Notes under the pieces: generated by a model | What the model saw: only the letters and a program-made list of their open reading frames with translations | What the model was told of the DNA's origin: nothing | Database searches by the model: none | IMG/VR virus record: IMGVR_UViG_3300035696_000005 | Location: 118,360 to 182,359 of that record | Origin: a virus | DNA length: 64,000 bases | Reading direction: 5' to 3' (one strand) | Position numbers and translations under genes: made by a program | Part shown: in pieces, positions 24,050 to 30,563 of the stretch | Layout of the letters: each line of letters starts with the position of its first letter | Numbering within the stretch: the stretch's first letter is position 1

Positions 24050-24112
24050 GCCACTGTGAATTGTAGAACCGGTTTTTCGTTTCAAGTGATGAACGGTTCC
24101 ACGAAGAGTGGC
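24050..24112 (-). ncRNA. Y-like RNA 4
   Basis: GCCACT/AGTGGC outer stem; AACCGTTCATC..AAACCGGTT core. Confidence 0.65.
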
Positions 24113-24135
24113 GAACTTGGTACTTCAATTGTTTT

Positions 24136-24262
24136 ACTACTATAAACGGATCAACCGGTTTTTAGCGTCCTAGCCATTAGACGACCTAGACCAAGGTCTT
24201 GGGTGAGATTCGAACTCACATTTCCATCTTGTGTAGATGAACGGTTAATTAACCAGAGTAGT
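24136..24262 (-). ncRNA. yrlA: YrlA-like Y RNA 3 with circularly permuted tRNA module
   Basis: Same core; insert 24166..24219 = T-arm GTGAG-TTCGAAT-CTCAC, loop-closed acceptor CCAAGAC/GTCTAGG, D-arm GTCT-AATGGCT-AGGAC. Confidence 0.75.
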
Positions 24263-24280
24263 AAATTTTCAAACAACAAA

Positions 24281-24340
24281 GCTACTGTGAATCGGACAAC
24301 CGGTGTTCAGTGTATAGATGAACGGTTATCCAAGAGTAGC
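24281..24340 (-). ncRNA. Y-like RNA 2
   Basis: GCTACT/AGTAGC stem; AACCGTTCATC..CACCGGTT core. Confidence 0.65.
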
Positions 24341-24361
24341 GAACTTCAAAAACTTTTTGTG

Positions 24362-24430
24362 GGGAGCTACTGTGTTTTGATCAACCGGTTTTCATTTTTG
24401 CCGATGAACGGTTAATCGAGAGTAGCTCCC
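24362..24430 (-). ncRNA. Y-like RNA 1
   Basis: GGGAGCTACT/AGTAGCTCCC stem; AACCGTTCATC..AAACCGGTT core. Confidence 0.65.
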
Positions 24431-24436
24431 TCAACT

Positions 24437-24450
24437 TACTTATAACAGAG
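24437..24450 (-). promoter_or_regulatory. Promoter motif upstream of Y-like RNA 1
   Basis: CTCTGTTATAAGTA, identical to 5626..5639; TTGACT further upstream. Confidence 0.5.
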
Positions 24451-24486
24451 TACCGGAAGATTGTTCCTAGTCAACTCTTTTTTAAA

Positions 24487-24579
24487 TGGCGGAGAAAGCT
24501 GGACTCGAACCAGATCCGGTCAAAGCCGGACTCAGAGTTTAGCAAACTCGCTATGCCGCCCGAGCATAGTTCATTCTCC
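24487..24579 (-). tRNA. tRNA-Ser(GCT)
   Basis: GAGT-TTGCTAA-ACTC; long variable arm; GCCA. Confidence 0.9.
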
Positions 24580-24584
24580 AAATA

Positions 24585-24674
24585 TGGCGGAGGGTTACGG
24601 AGTCGAACCGTCACGCTTTCGCGTGTGGTGCCTGTTTTCAAGACAGGTAGTCGTCCACACAACACAAACCCTCC
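24585..24674 (-). tRNA. tRNA-Ser(TGA)
   Basis: CCTGT-CTTGAAA-ACAGG; long variable arm; GCCA. Confidence 0.9.
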
Positions 24675-24681
24675 AAACTTT

Positions 24682-24755
24682 TGGTTGGGCTACTCTGGAT
24701 CGAACAGAGGTTAACACCTTCAGAGAGTGCAGTCTTGCCACTAGACGATAGCCCA
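24682..24755 (-). tRNA. tRNA-Gln(CTG)
   Basis: GCACT-CTCTGAA-GGTGT; TGGGCTA acceptor; TTCGATC. Confidence 0.85.
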
Positions 24756-24763
24756 ACATAAAC

Positions 24764-24837
24764 TGGTAGGGGATACCCGTGCTGCCCGGGTGCGACAACT
24801 TTCAAAGAGTTGCAGGCTACTGTTACCTCAATCCCCA
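24764..24837 (-). tRNA. tRNA-Gln(TTG)
   Basis: CAACT-CTTTGAA-AGTTG; unpaired 1:72; T-loop GGCAGCA. Confidence 0.8.
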
Positions 24838-24849
24838 ACATCAAAACTA

Positions 24850-24925
24850 TGGTGCCGCGAATCCGGATCGAACGGATACCTCTTGCTCTTCAGGCGAGCG
24901 TGCAGACCAACTACACCATCCCGGC
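24850..24925 (-). tRNA. tRNA-Phe(GAA)
   Basis: CTCGC-CTGAAGA-GCAAG; TTCGATC; ACCA. Confidence 0.85.
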
Positions 24926-24937
24926 ACATTAAAATTT

Positions 24938-25024
24938 TGGTGCCCGCATAAGGAGTCGAACCTTATTGCCCCGAAGAGAACGCGTTTACAGCGCGCCGAG
25001 TTCACCGGAACTCTCACTGCAGGC
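24938..25024 (-). tRNA. tRNA-Tyr(GTA)
   Basis: CGCG-CTGTAAA-CGCG; long variable arm; ACCA. Confidence 0.9.
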
Positions 25025-25034
25025 ACATTAAACT

Positions 25035-25110
25035 TGGCGCATGGGTTGAGACTCGAACTCAACTTTCCCGAGTTAACAGCTCGGTTCCATCACCCGATGG
25101 ATACCCATGC
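25035..25110 (-). tRNA. tRNA-Asn(GTT) copy 1
   Basis: CCGAG-CTGTTAA-CTCGG; GCCA. Confidence 0.9.
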
Positions 25111-25111
25111 A

Positions 25112-25189
25112 TGGCTGCGGGAGCTGGGATCGAACCAGCCTCATTTCGCATTAACAGTGCGACGCACTCACCCTGAACGCTATCCCGCA
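25112..25189 (-). tRNA. tRNA-Asn(GTT) copy 2, first tRNA of cluster A
   Basis: TCGCA-CTGTTAA-TGCGA; GCCA. Confidence 0.85.
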
Positions 25190-25554
25190 ACATCTAACTT
25201 TTCATGCTCCTCTGCGTGACAATTCAAACACAGTAGGACACATTTCTTTGCTTCAGCCAACACAGCCTTGTAAGAGCGCGTAATTCCTTTATTCGATACT
25301 CCGAAATCTTTCTTACTAGGGTCCGTATGGTGAAAACTTAGTGCTCCGTTACATTTGTTATAACCACACTTAGTACATTTACCTCCAAACTCATTAAGAA
25401 GCATTTCTTTTACACGCCTTCGTCGTCGTGCAACTGCTTCTGACCTGCATCTTACGCAGCGGTAATGCTGCTCACACTTAACGAAAATAAAGCTAGTTTT
25501 TCCATGCTTGCTGCAAACTCGATCAATATACTTTGTGGGCATGTTGGTTATCAT
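25180..25554 (-). CDS. HNH-family endonuclease; stop inside tRNA-Asn
   Basis: GGKCTKCGY..ALSFHH.DP..KDF...KCVLLCLNCH; start region in GTTGGTTA/TAACCAAC hairpin. Confidence 0.8.
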   Translation of the reverse strand: MITNMPTKYIDRVCSKHGKTSFIFVKCEQHYRCVRCRSEAVARRRRRVKEMLLNEFGGKCTKCGYNKCNGALSFHHTDPSKKDFGVSNKGITRSYKAVLAEAKKCVLLCLNCHAEEHEKLDVAG

Positions 25555-25579
25555 AACACGTTAACCAACCTCCATAGCT

Positions 25580-25620
25580 AAAAACAAAAACCCCGGCTAA
25601 CTTTCGCTAGCCGGGGTTTT
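25580..25620 (-). terminator. Attenuator terminator A
   Basis: CCCCGGCTAGC-GAAA-GTTAGCCGGGG-TTTTTGTTTTT. Confidence 0.9.
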
Positions 25621-25643
25621 GAGTTCTTGTCTATTCGTAATCT

Positions 25644-25715
25644 TTAGACGCGAACGCTCCCCGACCAGCTTTGCTGGTTACTATTAAAATAGCTTGAGGA
25701 GAAGTTCTTAGTCAT
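25644..25715 (-). CDS. Leader peptide A, 23 aa (MTKNFSSSYFNSNQQSWSGSVRV)
   Basis: C-terminal part of ORF 25644..25865; ATG 7 nt after -10 box; GCTGGTCGGGG pairs with terminator 5' arm. Confidence 0.8.
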   Translation of the reverse strand: MTKNFSSSYFNSNQQSWSGSVRV

Positions 25716-25722
25716 AAATACG

Positions 25723-25751
25723 ATCCTAAGCGGGATTTTCCGTTTGTGCAA
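25723..25751 (-). promoter_or_regulatory. Sigma70-like promoter of leader A / tRNA cluster A
   Basis: TTGCAC-17 nt-TAGGAT-7 nt-ATG; same geometry as promoter B. Confidence 0.7.
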
Positions 25752-25980
25752 CAACTTTCTTTTGTGTGGGTCTAGGCTTCTTTTTCGGAGGCAAATACCC
25801 AAACCCATAAGCCGTATTACCGATACCGATGACCACCCAAGGACCCGGAGTTTCGCCGTAGTCAAGGAAGAGCTGCGCCTTGTGCGGGTTCGGAATGTTT
25901 TTCACCGCAACCTGAAATTGCGGTGCTCTTTTGTTTGTGAGCGCTTTCTCTGTGTTGATCGTAACGAGTTCTTTAGCCAT
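25726..25980 (-). CDS. Hypothetical protein (MAKELV...)
   Basis: GGAGG RBS before ATG 25980. Confidence 0.6.
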   Translation of the reverse strand: MAKELVTINTEKALTNKRAPQFQVAVKNIPNPHKAQLFLDYGETPGPWVVIGIGNTAYGFGYLPPKKKPRPTQKKVVAQTENPA

Positions 25981-26005
25981 GTGAATCCTCCACAAGGCTT
26001 ATAAC

Positions 26006-26197
26006 TTATTTTCGAGTTTTCTTGGGTGGCGGGTAATCTCGGGCTAGCGAGTATTTGTTGATCCAGTTTCTGAGAGTTCTGACACTGATACCGAGAAGCT
26101 CTGCCGCCTCTGTCCTATTTCCTTTGGTCTGTGTGAGTGCAGCTTCTGCAAGTTTCTTAAGTTGCTTATCGACGTTGAATGCGTTGTTGTTTGCCAT
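26006..26197 (-). CDS. Fis-family helix-turn-helix protein
   Basis: AALTQTKGNRTEAAELLGISVRTLRNWINKY. Confidence 0.85.
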   Translation of the reverse strand: MANNNAFNVDKQLKKLAEAALTQTKGNRTEAAELLGISVRTLRNWINKYSLARDYPPPKKTRK

Positions 26198-26487
26198 TAG
26201 TCCAAGTACCTCACTTCGGTACGCCCATCATGGCTGTGGAGCTTTTCAAGCTGCGCAACGCTGTGACAGAACTCCATGCTCTTTTCGACCGAGAGCCACT
26301 CAACGATTACGAAGCCACTCGGGAAGATAAGACCAGTTGCAATGTAGCCGCAACCGCTGTTTCCTGAAACGTCTTCTTTTCTGTAGAGGGCTATCTTTCG
26401 TGTAAGAGGGACTTCTTTTTCTGGGTTATGAAGGGAGCTAGCAATCTTACCTTTGGTTTTTGCCATAAGCCCAATATACCTCGGCAA
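26197..26487 (-). CDS. Conserved phage hypothetical protein (R..DVSG.SG.G..A.G..F..G...W..S..HSH.G.T)
   Basis: Motif recognised from widespread phage proteins; start uncertain. Confidence 0.65.
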   Translation of the reverse strand: MPRYIGLMAKTKGKIASSLHNPEKEVPLTRKIALYRKEDVSGNSGCGYIATGLIFPSGFVIVEWLSVEKSMEFCHSVAQLEKLHSHDGRTEVRYLD

Positions 26488-26507
26488 AACTTGCCTGTCA
26501 AAAGAGC

Positions 26508-26539
26508 TAAAAAAAGAGGGAGCCCCGAAGGGCTCCCTC
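26508..26539 (-). terminator. Intrinsic terminator
   Basis: GAGGGAGCCC-TTCG-GGGCTCCCTC-T7. Confidence 0.9.
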
Positions 26540-26753
26540 AGAAGGTGAATGTCACCTTTGTCCTCACCTCAGTCTCTTTGGCACCTTTGAAAAGCTTCTG
26601 CAACCTGTAGCCGTGTTGCTGCAGCATCTCAAGTCTAGTAATCACATCTTTCTTAGAGGCGATAGTCTCATAGTTAAGACTACCGTTCTCAACAGAATAG
26701 ATGAGCACATAGACGCCCGCATCTCGGGTAGTGTCGTTTGACTGAGTTTCCAT
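26538..26753 (-). CDS. Hypothetical protein, 71 aa
   Basis: RBS AAGGAGAATCACTATG. Confidence 0.7.
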   Translation of the reverse strand: METQSNDTTRDAGVYVLIYSVENGSLNYETIASKKDVITRLEMLQQHGYRLQKLFKGAKETEVRTKVTFTF

Positions 26754-26775
26754 AGTGATTCTCCTTACCCTTAGA

Positions 26776-29700
26776 TTACTCGTTCACGGCAATTTTTGCC
26801 ACAATATTTTGTGGCACTACCTCAAGCGAGGTTGTCGTGAGTTCTTTGGGGGAGATCTTGCTTGGAGTAAACCCAAGTGACTCAAGCTTAATTGCCCAGC
26901 AATAGTGCCTGTTTCCTTGGGGTGTGGTCACATACTTCGTATTGGAAGTGCTCTTGGGGTCGTGCATACCAGGAGGAATATGCCCATCCTCAAGAAGCTG
27001 TCTTCCAATATGATGCTTACTCTGTGACCAGCTCTTGGATTTGTTGAGATGGGTCTCGACTTCTCCGTGAGCGGTGCCCGGGTAGATATAAACTACATCA
27101 GGCGTTTTCTCACGATAAAAGCCAAGTGCCTTTGAGCTCTTGTGCTCCGAAGGATCGTGCTCGCCCCAATTGATAATATGGTAGCGGGCAGGATCTTGAA
27201 GAAGCTCTTTAATTGAGTCCAAGAAAAGAGCTGCGGCACGCTGAGAGCCTGCGTTAGAGATGATTGTCTCACGACAGATCTCAAGGTTCTTTAGATGCCT
27301 CGCACAGAATTCATCCTTTCGTTTGTCTGGAATTACTCCCTTATCAACGAGAAGATCCATGATGAGTCTAAAGCCCGTCATATTGAATGCCAGGTTCTCG
27401 GAGATGCGGTAGCTGTTCTCTTTGACACCGGCTTCTTTATTTCTTTGTTCGAAGTAGGCAAGATACTCGTTGTAGATTCTCCTGACTTCTTCTTCGGTCA
27501 TGTTGTACACGAACTGAATGAAGTAAGGGGTAAATCCGCAATAGTCAATTCGTCTGTCCCGAACTTTGTTTCCCTTCTCAACGTTCATGCAGTTTTTCCC
27601 TGCATCAACCATGATCATGCGAGAAACAACGCTTGCTTCTTCAAGGGGACAGTCTTCTCCGGTAGTAGCCACAAGGCTTCTCACCCGAGTCGTCTTGTCC
27701 CTAAGCTCCCCATGCCTCTGAAGCGCCTGCCGACCAGAACGATCGTAGGCATTCTGAATAAACTCCATCATCTGTTTGGTGTTGTGTTCATTCAAAGACT
27801 TCTTGAAGTCATCCATCACGAAGAATGCATCTCTGAATTTATGCGCAATCTGAAGCTTGGCTAGTCCAGTGCTCTTCATGCCAGTCAGGCTTGAGAAGTT
27901 ACCGTAAAAGCATTGCGCCATTTCAGCGATGAAGCTTTTTCCGTTTCCGAAGGAGCCCCCAATCCAAAGAACAGGGCTTTTCGTAAGCGGAATGTGAGAC
28001 ATGATGGAAGCAGCCATGGCGTGAGCAAAGAGCGCCATAGTTGCAATAGAAGAGTTACACTCGAAGTAATCCGTGATGATGTGAAGGGAAAGATCCTTGA
28101 ATTGGCTTTCGTCAATGATCTTGAAGTCAAGAGACTTGCAAGTATCGTCGCTGAACTCCAGCTCAAACTCATCGTTTGGACGAATATAGTCTTTGGTAAT
28201 AATCACCGAAGGAGAGATGTAAGCGTGCTCTCCTTTGATCATGTAGTGACCAAAGTCTTCGACCTTTTTGCGGATGACTTTCAAGTCCTTGCTGAATGTT
28301 CCGATACAGTTACGAATCGCGTTGAAGTCTTGCGTTTCGTACTGAACTTCTGTTCCAGCACGGTTCATGATGAACGTGAAAAATGCTTCCGAGCTTCTAA
28401 GCCATTCATCTGAGGCGGTCTTGAAAGTGTAGTGCTTTGTTCCAACATGAATAATGCCCTTGACCCACCTATGTTCGATGGTCTGTTCTTCTTTGGGATC
28501 ATCGAGATCTTTAGGCTTAATCAGCGTAATTTCCTCTTTGATCTCAATTGTGAAGTTGGTGATTGGAAGCGTCGACGGACTTCCATCCAGAGCTCTTGAA
28601 ATCTGAACGTATCCTCCGTCTTTTTGCATGTAATCTTTGCCGTGGAAAGAGAAGTGCGGGTGGGTCTTTTTATCGATCTTTACCGCCTCTTCTTTAATCT
28701 CTTTGGCAACGATCTTCCTAAGCTGCTTTGCCTCTTTCTCCGGCATGTACTTCTTTACGGCAACGTAGCTATGGAAAGCACCGCCATCTTCTGGATCGAG
28801 CTTGCCAGCTGATGCGTAGATTTCTTTCACTCGAACAGCCAGATCTTCTGGCTCCGGTTCTTTCTTTTCTCTAAAAGAAAACAAAGCATCCAAAGCCTTA
28901 GTGAGCTGATCAAGAGTCATGTATCCGCTGGCAAAGCGAACCGGACTAGGATCTTTCCACTCACTCTCCGGAAGATTATCTGGATTAACCACATACTGGT
29001 TATTCCGCATCTCTCCCGGCGGTATCTTCTTCATGCAGTGGTCCCGCTTAACCGGATGGGTACCGATTCGGCAAAGTCCTGATTCCTGCATTGCCTTACA
29101 AGTCCATGGATGTTGAGTTGATTCTAAGGCGTAATCGATCTCAGCCTCAATGCTGATGGATTTCCAGCGGTCTCTGACGATCTCAAGGCCGTTTTCCGTT
29201 GCAGCAGCAAAGGCAATAGATGCAGTCCGGTGATTGTGGTCGCCTTTAGCATCTGGTCCAATCTTGTACCTACCCGCTTCATCCTTTTCCCAGAACTGCT
29301 TTAGAGCTGGGCACCTCTCGACCACTTTCCAAAAGTCACCGCGTGGTGGAATGGGCTCTCGATTTTCCTTATCTGTTCCTGCGTTTGCAGCAGCCCTTCG
29401 ACTTCTGCTCACCGGAACATTCAGAACTTCGATTTTTTGCTCAGCAATCACCTTCTCCAATTGCTCAAGAGTGATCTCTTTGCAGTTCGTAAAGTAGGAC
29501 CACTGCTCATCTGTAGGGATTGGCTTTGCATCGTCGTCCACCCAACAGTTGAACCCCTCCTTAATCTTAGGCTCAATCATTGGGATCTTGATACCATTAC
29601 CAGGTTTTGCAGGATCGTAGTTCACCTGTTTCGGGAAAGTCTCAGGAATTTTCATCTCGATGTTTTCTTGATACCGAGCAGTGAATCCGACTTTCTCGTA

Positions 29701-30222
29701 AATGTGGTGAATTAAGCTTGTAAAAAGATGGGCTGGAACCGGAGTCGCAAAGAACCAATAAAGATGGTAGCCCTTCTTACTGGATCTTGCGATATAACTT
29801 GGCAACCCATACTTCATGCTCTCATCCCGAACTGCTTTGGCATCTTCGAAGTGAGTTCCGTAATCAAAGTCGCAAGCGCCGAACTTGATTCCTTCTCTCT
29901 GGAGTAGGTGAAGGACCAGTTCTTTTTCTCCTGAGATGTGTTTCCAGATCCACTCGTCTGTGAGCGGCTGATACCGTTTGTGATCACATGTCGTGCATCC
30001 GCCTTTGTTTTGCGTGATTAGGCAAAGCTTCTGATTGCCATAATTCATGCATTGCGGAGAGAAGGTCGAGACTTCTTCAACACGTGGATTCAGTTTTTCA
30101 ATATCGTCTGGATCATAGACTGTCTTTTGAAATGTCTGGCGAACAGTGAAAACGTCTTCTCTGGAGCCGAATCTTTTTCGGAATAGATCAACTTTCTGCT
30201 TCCATACTTCTTGTTGAGTCAT
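26776..30222 (-). CDS. AEP primase (TOTE-type N-terminus) fused to Cys-rich domain and P-loop ATPase (primase-helicase)
   Basis: ACDFD, RSSKKGYHLYWFF, ETFPKQ, GNGIKIP; RCPAL..HPWTC..GLC; GGSFGNGKS, FFVMDDFK; 1148 aa. Confidence 0.8.
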   Translation of the reverse strand: MTQQEVWKQKVDLFRKRFGSREDVFTVRQTFQKTVYDPDDIEKLNPRVEEVSTFSPQCMNYGNQKLCLITQNKGGCTTCDHKRYQPLTDEWIWKHISGEKELVLHLLQREGIKFGACDFDYGTHFEDAKAVRDESMKYGLPSYIARSSKKGYHLYWFFATPVPAHLFTSLIHHIYEKVGFTARYQENIEMKIPETFPKQVNYDPAKPGNGIKIPMIEPKIKEGFNCWVDDDAKPIPTDEQWSYFTNCKEITLEQLEKVIAEQKIEVLNVPVSRSRRAAANAGTDKENREPIPPRGDFWKVVERCPALKQFWEKDEAGRYKIGPDAKGDHNHRTASIAFAAATENGLEIVRDRWKSISIEAEIDYALESTQHPWTCKAMQESGLCRIGTHPVKRDHCMKKIPPGEMRNNQYVVNPDNLPESEWKDPSPVRFASGYMTLDQLTKALDALFSFREKKEPEPEDLAVRVKEIYASAGKLDPEDGGAFHSYVAVKKYMPEKEAKQLRKIVAKEIKEEAVKIDKKTHPHFSFHGKDYMQKDGGYVQISRALDGSPSTLPITNFTIEIKEEITLIKPKDLDDPKEEQTIEHRWVKGIIHVGTKHYTFKTASDEWLRSSEAFFTFIMNRAGTEVQYETQDFNAIRNCIGTFSKDLKVIRKKVEDFGHYMIKGEHAYISPSVIITKDYIRPNDEFELEFSDDTCKSLDFKIIDESQFKDLSLHIITDYFECNSSIATMALFAHAMAASIMSHIPLTKSPVLWIGGSFGNGKSFIAEMAQCFYGNFSSLTGMKSTGLAKLQIAHKFRDAFFVMDDFKKSLNEHNTKQMMEFIQNAYDRSGRQALQRHGELRDKTTRVRSLVATTGEDCPLEEASVVSRMIMVDAGKNCMNVEKGNKVRDRRIDYCGFTPYFIQFVYNMTEEEVRRIYNEYLAYFEQRNKEAGVKENSYRISENLAFNMTGFRLIMDLLVDKGVIPDKRKDEFCARHLKNLEICRETIISNAGSQRAAALFLDSIKELLQDPARYHIINWGEHDPSEHKSSKALGFYREKTPDVVYIYPGTAHGEVETHLNKSKSWSQSKHHIGRQLLEDGHIPPGMHDPKSTSNTKYVTTPQGNRHYCWAIKLESLGFTPSKISPKELTTTSLEVVPQNIVAKIAVNE

Positions 30223-30302
30223 TTGTATCCCCGGATAGTGGTGTTAGAGTAAATGCTTCTCACTAGGACCCGGAGCATTTCCGGGTCCTATTCCTTATTC
30301 CA

Positions 30303-30563
30303 TTATCTGGAAGGATTGAGAGAAGGCTTCTCTCCATTCTCACCAGCTGGAGTAACTTCGCAATGGAAAACTACTTTTTTGCCGTGTGTCGGCGTCCGAC
30401 ACAAGTACTTCGGAATTTCTTCGATCTCGTCTTGTTCTGCAGGCAAGGTCCATAGAATCACAAGCAATTCCGCAGGACCCTCCACCAAGGATCTCTTTAG
30501 ATAAACGAGATCGCCCGATTCATATTCTTTTATATCTTGACTAGTTGCTTTCCAATTATCCAT
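30303..30563 (-). CDS. Hypothetical protein, 86 aa
   Basis: ORF track; overlaps helicase stop. Confidence 0.6.
   Translation of the reverse strand: MDNWKATSQDIKEYESGDLVYLKRSLVEGPAELLVILWTLPAEQDEIEEIPKYLCRTPTHGKKVVFHCEVTPAGENGEKPSLNPSR

Noticed and set aside
23977-24054. N-terminal extension of Ro60 from TTG 24054
   Set aside because: Runs through the terminator and Y4; a good RBS precedes ATG 23976
24050-24430. CRISPR array (repeated GATGAACGGTT and AACCGGT)
   Set aside because: Repeats are short, spacing is irregular, each unit folds on itself, there are no cas genes and a TROVE gene is adjacent; Y-like RNAs fit better
30264-30290. Terminator (TAGGACCCGGA/TCCGGGTCCTA hairpin)
   Set aside because: Perfect 11-bp stem but no U-tract on either strand; may be a stabiliser or RNase III site, role unsupported
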